From contig NC_092377.1 of assembly GCF_030028105.1 (NCBI RefSeq), positions 88,256,569 through 88,320,568 of the forward strand: a stretch of DNA of 64,000 nucleotides, given 5' to 3'. The position numbers and the translations under genes were made by a program. The notes beneath the pieces were generated by a model. It was not told the origin of the DNA. It saw only the letters and a list, made by a program, of their open reading frames with translations, and searched no databases. The DNA comes from Mobula birostris (taxonomy: Eukaryota). Below are positions 1 through 12,789 of this stretch, piece by piece (position 1 is the first letter of the stretch; the number at the start of each line of letters is the position of its first letter).

Positions 1-297
1 ACACAATGTATTAAACTGCGGTGTTATTCAAGTGGCTGAGAAAAGAAATCCCGTGCCACTTTTTTCCAGTGAAGAACAGAAAAGTTATCTTGAAACTCTG
101 ATCAATACTTGTTGTCCCTAACTATCTTCATTATTGTTGTACTGTTTGTGAGACAGGAAAATGATTATATATCAGAAACATTTCAGAAAGTATCTCTTCA
201 GTTACTAAGTGCTTTGACACACCCAAAGAGGACAGAAAAGGAGTATAGATAAACACATGACTATATATCATCTGTATAACTGGGAACTGATGACATG

Positions 298-410
298 AAT
301 CAACACAAACAAGAGAAAATCTGCAGCTGCTGGAATCCAAGCAACAGGCACAAAATGCTGGAGGAACTCAGCAGGCCAGGCAGCATCGATGGAAAGAAGT
401 ACAGTCAACC
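298..410. mobile_element. Penelope-like element terminal repeat fragment
   Basis: AAAATGCTGGAGGAACTCAGCAGGCCAGGCAGCATC motif, which recurs many times in the window in both orientations. Confidence 0.65.
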
Positions 411-879
411 AGAGCCTGGACAGTAAGACCTGCCAATTAACTTTGATCCTTACATCAGTCCTTCGTTATTGACCTACGTTTCCCAACAGGGTTTCAGTGG
501 GTAGAATCCATCTCCAGACAACTTTCCCACTTTTCTCAATTACATCCTGGGATCTTTCTCCTCTGGCCAGAAGGGGAGATTGTGTTTGATGTCTCATCTG
601 TAAGATGGCACCAACCCCCTGCAGTGCAGCTCTCTATTAGCACTGCCCTGGAGTAGCAGTTTCAATTCTGCAAGAAAGAGGCAAGAACATAGAATAGCAC
701 AGAGCAGGCCAAATGTGCACAACCCCCACCACATACCAACCCGTTCCCAAGCCAATTCCAGCATTCAGTAAGATTGTGGCTGATCTCAGCTCCAATTTCC
801 TCTCTGTTACCATAACCTCAATACCTCTGTGGACTAAAACTATATCCATTCCGACCTTTAACATTCTCAGTGACAATCT

Positions 880-1260
880 CCACAACTTCGTTGGGTAAAA
901 AGTCCTGAGAAGAAAAGTGATCCTTCACCTCAAAGCCAGTTCTTGATCTCCCAACTATAGAAAATATGCATACACTACCTCACTCTGTTGAGGTCCCTCT
1001 GAAACCTTCAATATTTCAAGAAGACCATCTCTCATTCTTCTGAACTCCAATGTGTTTAGACCCAATCTGCTTCACTTTTCCTCACAAGATGACCCTTCAT
1101 CCTTGGTAACAACCTAGTGAGCTTCTCTGACCTGCCTCCAGTGCAAGTCTGTCCCTCCTTAAATTAGGAGACAGGAAGTATATGCAAAAGTCCAAGTATA
1201 GTCTTACCAATGCCCTGTGCAACAGTGACAAGACTTCCTTTCTCTTGTGTTCCATTCTCT
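880..1260 (-). mobile_element. Degraded CR1 LINE 3' region
   Basis: Diverged similarity to the 3' end of the younger CR1 copies in this window (e.g. 50150-50550). Confidence 0.55.
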
Positions 1261-2885
1261 TTTCAATTAAAGAAACAGGAATATTTGTTATTTTTACCTC
1301 ACTGCCTGGCAGACATACAAGAAGAAGTGGAAGTACAAGTTAATTATTGAGAGATGTGTTTCTCACAGCATCAAATACAAAACTATATTTTACTGCATTG
1401 AGCTTTTCTGTTTGAATTAACATTGACCTTTCTCAAACGAGTATCACAAGTGCAACTTGCATTTTTTTGTCCGAAGGCACATCACACCTGTAAAGTCACA
1501 AGAGACTGCAGGTGCTGGAGCTGAAGCGACAAAGAAAAAAAAATTCAGCAGGTCCTGAAATGCCTATTTTCCATTACACATGCTTCCTGAACCACCAACT
1601 CCCTCCAGCATTTTGTTTGTTACACTCATGAAATATTTTGAAATAATCACTGTGGTTACAAAAGCAAGAATCTGCATTATGTCGTAATATCTCTCAAACA
1701 GTTGAGCTAATCCCTCACATCAACAATTCTGTTCCGGTGTGGTAAGAACTCTGGACAAAATACACAAAACACGCTCTTGAAACCACTGTCCATTGATACT
1801 GAAGGGTAATGTAATTGGTGAAAATGTACCTAGTTCACAACCACCGATGTTGAGTTGGGGTTCATTTTAAGATGCTAGTCTGACATGATGAGATAAATCC
1901 ATGAAGTACTTTTACTGTGATTGGTGTCCGGTGTTTGGATTACAATGGATGAGTTGTATGCTTTTTCTTAAACACAAAACCCCTCACGCCATTTTATTTG
2001 TGGTAACCTACAGTACTATTCTCTGCCCCAAAATAATTTAATTCATTTTTTGTTTTCCATACTGTTTGGATCAATAACCTACACAACCTGCTACCCTTTG
2101 GATCTAAGTCTTGGAACGCCCTGCCCAACCTTTAGCAGAAAGAATGCAGAGGATCAAGTCAGCGAATTGCCACCACTTACCACAGCAGCACTTTCATCTT
2201 GAAAATGAGAGGTAAAAATCTAATTCACACTTACAGCAAATGACATGTCATCTCAGGGTAATTTTGTAAATTAAGCTGACTAGCCCAAACTCATGTGATG
2301 CCAAGTATTGCAACAAACAGTCACACGTCCACTTGAGACAATTCAAAGATGACACGAGCTGACCAAAGAGGAAGCCAGCACTCCCCCCAAGAAAACACAT
2401 CTCATCAAAGCAAGCTGTTAGAAATACACACATCTTTAATACTGATCAAAGAAACCAGAAATCCCCACAATAAACTCACCAAACAAAACCAGAAAAGTAT
2501 GAGAAAAGCTCAGCTAGGCAGGAAACACATATGGAAGGGGAAGAAAAGTTAACATTTTAGGTTCAAGCTTCTTCATAAGAATTGAAAAATAAAAGAGAAA
2601 TGAGTTAGTTTTAGAAGGTGAGAGGTGGATGGGACAAAGGAAAGAATTGTGGTGGGGTGAAGCCAGGGTTGCTGTGGGGATAGTTGGAGCTGGAGGCAGT
2701 TATTAAGGAAAATCATGGCTGTGGAAGTGAAATTTGGTCAGTTCCTTGTTGAAGTCAAGGGAACCACTGAGGACAACAGAAATCCTGATGGAGAGCATAA
2801 AGTTGGCTCCTTTCTTCTACCTTCTTTCCTTGTGGAGTGACATATTCTATTTTGCAGTCCTCTGGAATCATGGCAGAAATCAAGT

Positions 2886-3550
2886 GATTAGATTAGATTA
2901 TGAGGACACTCAGTCCTCATTTATTGTCATTTAGAAATGCATGCATGCATTAAGAAATGATACAATGTTCCTCCAGAGTGATATCACAAAAAAAAGGACA
3001 AACCAAAGACTAACACTGACAAGACCACATAATTATAACATATAGTTACAGCAGTGCAAAGCAATACCATAATTTGATAAAGAACAGACCTTGGGCATGG
3101 TAAAAAAAAAGTCTCAAAGTCCCGAGTCCCTGATAGCAGGCAGCAAAGGGAGAAACTCCCTGCCATAAACCTCCAGGCACCGACAACTGCCAATACATTG
3201 GAAGCACCCGACCACAGCCGACTCTGAGTCCATCCAAAAACTTCGAGCCTCCCACCAGCCCCTCCAATACAGCCTCCTGAGCATCATCCTCTGCTGAGCG
3301 CTTTGACCCCGCCCCGCTGCCGAGCAACAAGCAAAGCCAAGGACTCGGGGCCTTCCCCTCCGGAGATTTCGGACCACACAGTAGCAGCGGCAGCAAAGAA
3401 GGCATTTCAAAGGTTTCTCCAGATGTTCCTCTGTGTTCTCACATCTGTCTCCATCAAATCAGGATTGTGCACGGCACCCTACTTGACAGATTACAGATAT
3501 CATTCACTGGAGTGGCCGCTGCACGCTGCGTTGCACCTCCATCTTCTCCT
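2886..3550 (-). mobile_element. Non-autonomous retroposon, Rex1/Babar-like ends
   Basis: Minus strand starts AGGAGAAGATGG and ends in a (TCTAA)n tail like the Rex1 copy ending at 8756; no RT coding. Confidence 0.55.
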
Positions 3551-3554
3551 CATA

Positions 3555-5620
3555 TTGCAAGATCACGACCAATGCATCTGCTATCTCTTCAGCAACCTCC
3601 TTCAGAGCTCTTGGATGTAGTTCATCTGGTCCAGGTGACTTAACATCTTTGTGTTTGCTTTGTACTTTCTTTGTAATAGCAATGACACTCACTCCTGCTC
3701 CCTGACACTCATGGACCTCTGGAACACTGCTAGTATATTCCACGGTGAAGACAGACGCAAAATTACATTAAGTTCATCTACCATTTCTTTGTCCCCCATT
3801 ACTACCTCACCAGCATCATTTTCCAGTGGTCCGATATCAACTCTCACCTCCCTTTTACTCTTTATATAACTGAAAAATCTTCTAGTATCCTGCTTTATAT
3901 TATTGTCTCATCTGCCCTCATATTTAATCTTTTCTTATGGCTTTTTAGTTGCCTTTTGTTGGATTTTAAAAGCTTCCCAATCATCCAACTTCCCACTCAC
4001 CTTTGCTACCTTATATGTCCTTTCCTTGGCTTTTATGCAGTCCTTAACTTCCCTTGTCAGCCATGGTTGCTGACCCCTGCCATTTGAGAACAACTTCTTC
4101 TGTGGGACATATCTATCCTATGCCTTGTGAACTATTCCCAGAAACTTCAGCTATCTCCGCTCTGCTGTCATCCCTGCCAATATCCTCCTCCAATCCACCT
4201 GGGCAAGCTCCTCTCTCATGCCTCTGTAATTCGGAATAAACCACTGCGATACTGATACATCTGACTTATGCTTCCCTCTCTCAAATTGCAGTATGAATTC
4301 AATCATATCATGATCACTGCATCCTAAGGGTTCATTTACATTAAGCTCCTTAAAAAAATATGGATATTTACACAACACCCAATCTAAGATAGCCTTTCTC
4401 CAAGTAGGCTCAAGCACAAGCTGCTCTCAAAAGCCATCTTGTAGGCATTTAACAAATTCCCTCTCTTGTGATCCAACACCAACCTGATTTTCCCAATCCC
4501 CTTGCATATTGAAGTCCCCCATTACAATTGTGTCATTACCCTTATTACATGGCCATTCCAGCTCCCTTTGCAATCTCAACCCCACATCTTGGCTACTATT
4601 TGGAGGCCTATATATGATCCCCATGATTTTTTTTTACCCTTGTAGTTTCTTAACTCCATCCACAGACTCCACATCTCTGACCCTATGTCAGCTCCTTCTA
4701 AAGATGTGATTCCATCACTTACCAACGGAGCCACACCACCACCTATCCTTCCTGCCTGTCCTTTCAATACAAAGTATATCCTTCGACGTTAGGCTCCCAA
4801 CTTTGACTTTCTTTCAGCCATGACGCAGTGATGCCTACAACGTCATACCGACCAATCTTTAATTGCGACATGAGTTTGTCCACCTTATTCTGAATGCTAC
4901 GCGTATTTAAATACAGCACCTTCAGTACTGCATTCTTCGCCCTTTTGAATGTTGCCTCTGTGGTACAAAGATTACTCTTTGCACTTTCTGCATTTGTACC
5001 CAATCATTGGCTTGTCCTTCATATTACACCCATCGTCTACTTCTCAGCCTGCTGACTCATCTTCAGCTCTATCATACTGGTACCCATCGCCCTGCCATAT
5101 AAGTTTAAACCACTCCCAACAGCTCTAGCAAACCTGCCCGCCAGGATATTGGTCCCCCTCAAGCGCAACCCGTCCTTTTTGTACAGGTCACACCTGCCCC
5201 AGAAGAGGTCCCAATAATCCAAAAAACGGAATCCCTGCCACCTGCTCCAATTCCTCGGCCACGCATTTATCCTCCACCTCATTCTATTCCTATCCTCACC
5301 GTCGCGTGGCACAGGTAGTAATCCCGAGATTACTACACTTTAAGGTCCTGCTTCTCAACTTCCTTCCTAACTACCTGTATTGTGTTTTCAAGACCTCCTC
5401 TCTTTAACAACTATGTCGTTGGTACCAATATGTACCACGACCTCTGGCTGCTCACCTTCCCTTTTCAGGATATCGCGGACTCTGGCACCTGGGAGGCAAA
5501 CTGCCAGCTGTGTTTCTTTTTCGCGTCCACGGACTCGCCTATCTGTCCCCCTAACTATAGAGTTCCCTGTCACTGCTGCCATCCTGTCCAGTTCCCTACC
5601 CTTATGAGCCACAGGGCAGA
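3555..5620 (-). mobile_element. CR1 LINE, disrupted (ORF1 SGNH-esterase-like, APE endonuclease, start of RT)
   Basis: ORF fragments GNSIVRG...VCLPGA...HIGTND (ORF1); YLNTRSI, IYRPPN, MGDFN, SDH (endonuclease); KSPGPDELHPRALKE. Confidence 0.9.
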
Positions 5621-5689
5621 CTCGGTGCCAGAGCTGCTCCCCCCCCCCCCCCCCGGTAGCTGGTTTTCCCCAAGTTTCTCGCTGTGAGC

Positions 5690-6210
5690 CTGTCCTCCCG
5701 CCTGGATTCCATATACAGACCCCGAGGCTCCGAGCCGCGATCGGTTCAGTATGTGCTCCCACACTACTCAGCGTAAACCCGGGAGCGAGTCACTGTACTC
5801 CGCTCTAGCTCCACTCCCGGATCCCTTCCCTCCGGTCCAGGATTCGGCATTCCTCGTCCAACTTTCCCTCGCTCCGCTCCGTTCCTACTTCGGGATCCGA
5901 CACCGCTCCCGGGTTCCCCACCACTCTCCCGGATCACACCGCACGCAAGCGCCGAGTTCACTCACTCAGCCAGCCGCTCTCTCCCTGATCGGTCCCGTCA
6001 CGGGGGAAAGTTGTCGCCAGCGGATCCGTACCTCATGTCGGGTCTCCTCCTCGAGCAAGAGGTGCCCGAGTCGCCGTGGGAGGAGCTGACGGGTCAAACG
6101 TCGCGAATTCAGTGAGCTCGGTGGGAGGGACGGAAATACAGTACAGTATGAAATTTCAGTCAATGTGGGAGGGACGGAAATATTAGATTTCAGTTAATGC
6201 GGGAGGGTTA
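5690..6210 (-). promoter_or_regulatory. CpG island / probable promoter and first exon of an unidentified transcript
   Basis: Dense CpG in otherwise CpG-depleted DNA; minus-strand donor-like sites (ATGAG|GTACGG near 6031, GA|GTGAGT near 5965); repeated GTGGGAGGGACGGAAAT at 6121 and 6165. Confidence 0.5.
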
Positions 6211-6714
6211 TCACTGCGACCTGGTGAAGCTATCACCCCGGCACCTCATGGTGACTGAGAGTCTCCACTTCAATGCAAGAACCCGAACGACTGGAGAGCG
6301 AAAGGAACAGATACTGTCAGTGCGAACAGCGAATAAAGCTCTCCCCCAATTAGCAGAAAAAGTGAATTAACCTTCTTTGCAATGCAAACGAACGTTTGTA
6401 TTGAGATAGTTAACTTGCCATTATCCGGTCACACTCAACAGCAAATTGTGCATTGCTCTTAGATTAACATTAACTGTTTTTAATGCTGCATCGGATCCGG
6501 AGTAACAATCATTTCCTGTGGGTGGGGGGGGGGGATCTGATGTGCGGGAGGAGAACAAAGAGGATCACTGTCTTGTGATCACTGCTCCGCACGGACCAGC
6601 GATCAGGTTTCGAGTGGGTCTGGTTCTCTGACTCCGGATCACCAAGCGATCGGTTTTGGATCAGGGCCGGTTCATTGACCTGTGATCTCTGGTCAGTTCT
6701 GCACAACCAACCTC

Positions 6715-6942
6715 TTCCCCTCCACCATCAGATTTCGGAATGGACAATGATCTCATGATCGCTACCTCACTATTTACTTGCTTCCTTTTTGCACTGCATA
6801 TATAACACAGAATTATAAAATGCATGTGGATTACTATATAGCAATTTACTTGTATCTTATAATTATGGATTGCAATGTACTGCTGCCACAAAACAACAAA
6901 TTTCACAACATAGCCCACTGACATTAAATCTGATTCTGATTC
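6715..6942 (+). mobile_element. Rex1/Babar LINE 3' UTR fragment
   Basis: CTGCCACAAAACAACAAATTTCAC motif and (TCTGAT)n tail shared with other Rex1 3' ends. Confidence 0.65.
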
Positions 6943-7559
6943 AAAATGGAAATTTGCTGCTATTCTGCCTGGAGTTGTTCTCAATGAAATAATGTCCTTG
7001 CAAAATCCCCAGTTCTGAGGTAGTTGCCTCTCTGACCCTCATCAGTATACTTGCAGCCATTCCTCTCAAAGCGGTGGCTTATTGCACAAGTATATGTGGG
7101 TCCAGTCCTGTGCAAAGAGAATCCCGTGTTGGGTGAATATTTGATGTAAATAACACCCCCTGTCGTAGTAGAGATTTGTTTACTGAAGAGGCTTTGCTGA
7201 TTAATTAGTTCTGTTCTAGGCAGGAGAAAACAACCAAGCAAGACCCCAGAAGAGGCAAAACAGTCATGACGTGATAATCTGTGCTATTGGCTGAGGGATA
7301 AATGTCTACCTGTGCATTGGTGATAATTTACCTTGTTTTCTTTTTGTCCATGGTGCTCAGTAAGCAGAGTTTTACATCTCACTGAAACAACAGCTTCCCA
7401 GGCGGTGCAATGCTCACTCCGCCCTGCCTCTTCCAGTGCTGTACTCTCTTCGTCTAACCTAATAGTAGTCCAAAGGCAGGGGCTGGAAATCAGGCAGACA
7501 ATGGTAGGACACCACGACACATGCCGGTGATAATAAACCTGATTCTGATTCTGACTGCT

Positions 7560-7745
7560 CCGCGACACCCACAAAGTGCTGAAAGAACTCAGCAAGTCAG
7601 GCAGCATCTATGGAAGTAAATAAACAATCAACGTTTACGGACAGGACCCTTCCTCAGGACTCAGTTCCCCTCTGTAGATGCTGCCTGACGTACCAAATTC
7701 CTCCAGCATTTTGTTGCTCTGGACTCTCAGCATCCTCGGAATCTC
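7560..7745. mobile_element. Palindromic Penelope-like fragment with degenerate hammerhead core
   Basis: Inverted arms of the GGCAGCATC/GATGCTGCC repeat; minus strand reads GTCCTGAGGAAGGG...TAAACGTTGA. Confidence 0.6.
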
Positions 7746-8214
7746 TTGCAGTTGAGAATGCCTTGCAGACTCGGCTGGGCAGCTTCCGTGGAGAGAGAAG
7801 GTGCATAAGATCAGGGCACGTGGTATTGGGAGAATTGATGGATTGATGATTATTTGATCAGGGTCATACATTGAGATAGAATGGTAAAGCTTTCTATGTC
7901 ATCCAGACAGATTATTCCATACATCGAGGTAGTACTGGGGAGGAGGAATGGAATGGAGAATATACTGTTACAGTTACAGAGAAAGTGCAGTGCAGCTAGA
8001 TAAATCCGCGCAGGATCACGATGAGGTAAATTGGGAAATCAAGAATTCATCTTTATGATATAAGATGTCTAATCAGAGGTTTTATAACAGGATTTAAACA
8101 CGGGATTCTGCAGATGCTGGAGATCTTGAGCAAAATACAAAATGCTGGAGGAACTCAACAAGTCAGGCAGCATCCATGGAAGGGAGTAAAAAATCGATGA
8201 TCCGGGCCAAGACA

Positions 8215-8756
8215 CTTTGTGCATTGACGGACTTTTACCGCTGTACCATTGAGAGCATACTCACCAACTGCATCTCAGTGTGGTATGGCAATTGTCCTGT
8301 ATCGGACCGCAAAGCACTCCAGCAGGGGGTGAAAACTGCCCAGCAGATTATTGGCACCCAATTGCACACCATTGAGAACATCTACCATAAACGCTGGCTG
8401 GGCGGGATGAAAAACATTATCAAGGATGCATCTCACCCTAACCATGGACTTTTTACTCTCCTCCCATCCGGTAGGCGCTACAGGAGCCTCCGCTCCCACA
8501 CCAGCAGGCACAGGAAGAGCTTCTTCTCTGAGGCTGTGACCCTGCTGAATCTCACATCACAGCGCTAAGCAGTATTGCATCCGTATTGTACTGTCTCAGT
8601 GCTTTTATATTTGCGTGCTGTAGCACTTTTTTGATTCGCAGTTATTTTGTACATAACATTATTCTTTGCATTTCTGGTCAGATGCTAAATGCATTTCATT
8701 GGCTTTGTATCTGTACTCAGCACAATGACAATAAAGTTGAATCTAATCTAATCTAA
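8215..8756 (+). mobile_element. Rex1/Babar LINE 3' end (5'-truncated)
   Basis: FYRCTIESILTNCISVWYG...HPNHGLFTLLPSGRRYRS, followed by AATAAA and a (TCTAA)n tail. Confidence 0.85.
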
Positions 8757-9290
8757 AGGTTCTCCTTGATCTTGATGGTATGTGTTCTCTGGCTTTGGTA
8801 TCTCTATCTCCTTCCTGATGGAAGGGAGTGTGTGCAAGTGCGAATGATTGAGGTGGGAGGGGACTTTCTGTTGGTTGCTTTCCCAAGGCCACGGGAAGTG
8901 TAGATGGAATCACTGGAAGGGAGGCTGGTTTGCAGGATGGACCGGGCTGAGTTAGTCACTGTCTGCGATTTATTGTGGTCTTGGACAGAGCAGTTTTCAT
9001 ACTAAGCTGTGATGCATCCGGATAGGATGCCTTTGCTGGTGCGTCTGTAAAATCTGGTGAGGCTCATCAGGGACACATTGAAGTTTTCTAGCCTTCTGGG
9101 GAGGTAGAGACACTGCTGTGCTTTCTTGGCCACTTGGCAGGACCAGTACAAATTGTTGGTGATACTCACACTAAGGAATTTGAAGCTGTCAGCCCTCTCC
9201 AGCTCAGCACCGTTGATATATGCAGGTCTGTGTATTTCACCCCACTTCTTCAAGGGTCAACTCTTTTGGTTTGCCGACGTTGAGGGAGAG
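8757..9290 (-). mobile_element. Rex1/Babar LINE fragment (its 3' part continues at ~7880-8090)
   Basis: ORF 9002-9253: SFKFLSVSI...KKAQQCLYLPRRL...FYR..ILSGCITA. Confidence 0.75.
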
Positions 9291-11000
9291 GACTGAAGAC
9301 TGGTTATCACAAAACAAAACACAGAATGAACAAGTCCTTTTAGGCTGGAAGGATATAACTAATGGAGTTGCCCAAGGAACAGTTCTCAGCCCTCAACTAT
9401 TTATGATTTGTATCAATGATCAGGAGAAAGGGGCAGAGCATTAGGTATCTGACTTTACCAATGACATGGAGATAGGTGAAAGGCCAGGTTGCTGTGAGGG
9501 CAATTGGAATGTGCAACTGATTAACTGAGTGCGTGGGTAGTAAACCTGACAAATGGCATTGAATGTGAGAATATCTGAGGCCATGCTTTTTGAAAAGAGG
9601 AATCTAAAGACGCACTTATTTACATGGCTGAAAATTGTAGAAGTACAAGGGGATGTCGGCGCCCTTGTGCACAAGTTGCCAAAAGTTAGCAGGCAGGTGC
9701 AGTAAGTGGTTGGACAAGGAAATATATTTCCCTTTATTGTCACATGGGGTTGGGGTTTAGAAAAAGTTAAGTGTTGTTATAACTAAACAGATGTAAGGAT
9801 GGAATTAAATTTTCTATAAGTGATATTTGATTCCTCCATAGTGTGGATAGAAAAGCAGTTTCCAAAATGGATTGCTACTTCTGTTTGTTCCAGCTAAATG
9901 TAAACGAATTGGTCAGTCTAGTACTGTGTTGTGTTGTAGACATTGTAGGATTTTCCACCTTCACCTTGGGTTTGAGAAACTGACAAGCTGTAGGGATAAA
10001 GGGACTGCCTTATAAAGGTGGGAAATAGATTTTACTGCAAAACATGGTGTCTCAGTTTTTAAATTGTATCCAGACTAAATAGATGATAAGGTACCACTGG
10101 GTACCAAGGGGTTGCAAGTGTATAAATGGTGCAGGGGTAATCTGCTTTAGGCTGAAGACGTAACCAAGGGAGGGACGGAGAGAGAGGGGAAAGAGGAAGT
10201 GTGAGAGAGGGAGAGGGAGAGGAAGATAGAGAGACAGACAGACAGACACACACACGCACACACCCCTGGGGTTCTCTCCAGCACCGTGTAGATCAGCCCA
10301 TGCAATGGTTGATATGTGATCCTTGTGTTTTATCCTTGAGTGTTTTTTGAAGTGATTAATATGTATATTTTGCATCACTCCAATAGTTTTTATAAGCTTC
10401 TAGCATGTGCATAGTACCTCCTTTGCAAATACCCTTGTTGCTGAATCAGAAAGAACAAGGATTGAATTTTAAAATATTTCCATTACAACAGAGTGCTGAT
10501 GAAGCCACAATTGAAGTATAGTTCTGGTTTGCCTTGGGTAAGAAAGAATACGTTGGGACGACAGGGTTGTCCTATCACGAGCGACTAAAGAAATGAGGTC
10601 AATAATTTTTGGAGTTCAGTAAAATGAGGGGAGATCTTATTGGAAATGTTCAAGGTCCTTAACGGGCAGAGCATGGTAGATGTTATAATGTTTCCATTAG
10701 TCGAGTTAAGGGAATACAGTCACAAAATTAAAAGTGTTTCTTTAAAATTGGGGTGCATAGAAAATTCTTGCAGAGAGGTGAAGCTCTGGAATTCTCTACA
10801 GCAGTGTTGTGGAGGCAGGGTCATCGTTTTTCTTAAAAGTGGAACTAGATGCATTTTTGAAAGATACAGAAATTGAAGGCTATAAGGAACTAGCACAGAA
10901 GAGGACATGAGGCTTGGGCTGTTGAGCCATGATCATATTAAATGGTGGTGGAAGTTTGAGGGACCACGTAGCCTACTTCTGCTATTTTATTGTGCTCTTA
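9290..11000 (+). mobile_element. Old degraded CR1 LINE RT/3' end, split by a solo LTR
   Basis: GVAQGTVLSPQLF motif; sequence is continuous across the 9792-10487 insertion; CR1-type 3' tail near 10990. Confidence 0.7.
9792..10487 (+). mobile_element. Solo LTR (696 bp)
   Basis: TGTAA...TTACA termini; 5-bp TSD ACAGA at 9787-9791 and 10488-10492; TATAAA at 10121; internal GA/CA microsatellite. Strand is tentative. Confidence 0.8.
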
Positions 11001-11007
11001 ATATTTC

Positions 11008-11044
11008 AGTTCTGACGAAAGACAATCATTCTGAAACATTAACT
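11008..11044 (+). ncRNA. Minimal hammerhead ribozyme-like motif (older, diverged Penelope copy)
   Basis: AGTT-CTGACGA-A-AGA(CAATCAT)TCT-GAAAC-ATT-AACT; stems I and II still pair; cleavage triplet degenerate. Confidence 0.5.
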
Positions 11045-11202
11045 CAGTCTCCCTCTCACCACAGATGCTGCCTGACCTGCTGAAGATTTGCAGCATTTTC
11101 TGTTTTATTTCATATGTTTAGCATCCGTATTACTTTTTTAGATTATTATTTAATTTTTTGTTGCCTCTCTTCTAGTACTGCCCAATACAACGATGTTCTG
11201 AA

Positions 11203-11610
11203 CACTAGGGATTCTGCCGATGCTGGAAATCTTGAGCAACACACAAAATACTGGAGGCACTCAGCAAGTCAGGCAGCATCTATGGAGAGGAATAGTCAAT
11301 GTTTAGGGCTAGACCCTTAATCAGTCCTAATGAAGTTCCTCTCCATGGATGCTGACTGACCTGCTGTGTTTCTCCAGCATTTTGAGTGTATTGTTTGACA
11401 AAGAGGTTCTGTTTTTCCCTCCAATAAAGCTGACTGACTTGCTGAGTACCTCCAGCATTTTGCGTTCGTTGTTTAACAAAGAGTTTCTGTTTTTAGCAGA
11501 ACTGCCTTTTTCAACAGTCCTGCTAAAAGATAATTGTTCAGAAACATTATTTCTTTCTCTGTATTTGCTGACTGAACTGCTGGATATCTTCACCATGTTC
11601 TGATTTATTT
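11203..11610. mobile_element. Cluster of Penelope-like terminal repeats (inverted pair plus tandem copies)
   Basis: GATGCTGGAAATC...GGCAGCATC arm, its inverse, and 2-3 further CTGCTGAGT..TCCAGCATTTTG units. Confidence 0.6.
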
Positions 11611-11779
11611 TTTAATCATAATGATAAGTTGTGTTTACACAGTGACTTTAAAGTAGCGAGACATTCTAAAGCTTTTCAGAAAGCGTTGCTAAGCAATATT
11701 TATCAATGGCAAGTACTCAGTGAAACAAGTTTATAATGTGTTTGGGTTCTTCAGTGTAGAAGAGGCCACAAAAGGTTGC

Positions 11780-11990
11780 CTTGGAGACAGATGTTCTGTA
11801 AACCAAGTGCCTTGACTATGTTTGCTTTCTCCAGTGTAGATGGAGGCCACATGGTGAACATTGAGTACAGTCTGCAGACTCTTGAATGGACTTCTTGTAT
11901 GACAATAGATAAACTCTTGATCTGCCACCCTACCTCATTTGTAACCCTAGCACTCCACTTGTTCTGTAACCGCAACATTCTATTCCGGTC
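11780..11990 (-). mobile_element. Penelope-like GIY-YIG endonuclease relic
   Basis: IYTGESKHSQGTWFTEHL resembles the PLE motif YIGETKRRLGDRFAEHL. Confidence 0.55.
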
Positions 11991-12249
11991 CAAACTCATA
12001 CATTGTCTTCCTTTTATATTTCCTTGTATTTTACGTTGTTTATCTTGTGAATGTCATATATGTTAATTTATGTGCCTTTTGATGCTGCAGCAAGTAAGTT
12101 TTTCATGGAACTTTCGCACGCATACTTGTGCCAATGACAATAAACATGAGTTTGTCCATTTCCCTCCATAAATGCTGCCTGACCCGCTGAATTCCTCCAG
12201 CATCTTGTGTGGTTGCAGTCGATTCTGCATTCTGTTTTCTTTTTACTGC

Positions 12250-12668
12250 TTCATTCGTAAGGCCAGTGATGTTGTGGGGATGGAACTGGACTCTCTGACG
12301 GTGGTGTCTGAAAAGAGGATGCTATCCAAGTTGCATGCCATCTTGGACAATGTCTCCCATCCACTGCATGATGTACTGGGTGGGCACAGGAGTACATTCA
12401 GCCAGAGACTCATTCCACCGAGATGCAGCACAGAGCGTCATAGGAAGTCATTCCTGCCTGTGGCCATCAAACTTTACAACTCCTCCCTTGGAGGGTCAGA
12501 CACCCTGAGCCAATAGGCTGGTCCTGGACTTATTTCCTGGCATAATTTACATATTATTATTTAATTATTTATCGTTTTATATTTCTATATTTATACTCTA
12601 ATCTTGGTTGTTGCAACTGCAACGAAACCCAATTTCCTTCGGGATCAATAAAGTATGACTATGACTAA
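12250..12668 (+). mobile_element. Rex1/Babar LINE 3' end (young subfamily)
   Basis: HPLHDVL...RLIPPRCSTERHRKSFLPVAIKLYN; AATAAA plus (TATGAC)n tail; near-identical to 49845-49933 + 51041-51329. Confidence 0.85.
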
Positions 12669-12789
12669 ATATGGATCGCAAAACATGTTCTTTTTCTCTG
12701 TATCTCAATACCTGTGACAATAATGAACCAGAAGCAATACCGAATGTTTCAGCTGGAATGACTGTTTGGGTCCCTGGTTGGAGGGGAAG

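Noticed and set aside
2250-2410. C/D-box snoRNA-like layout on the minus strand (TGATGA...CTGA)
   Set aside because: No terminal stem or convincing rRNA guide; short U6-like matches are compatible with chance
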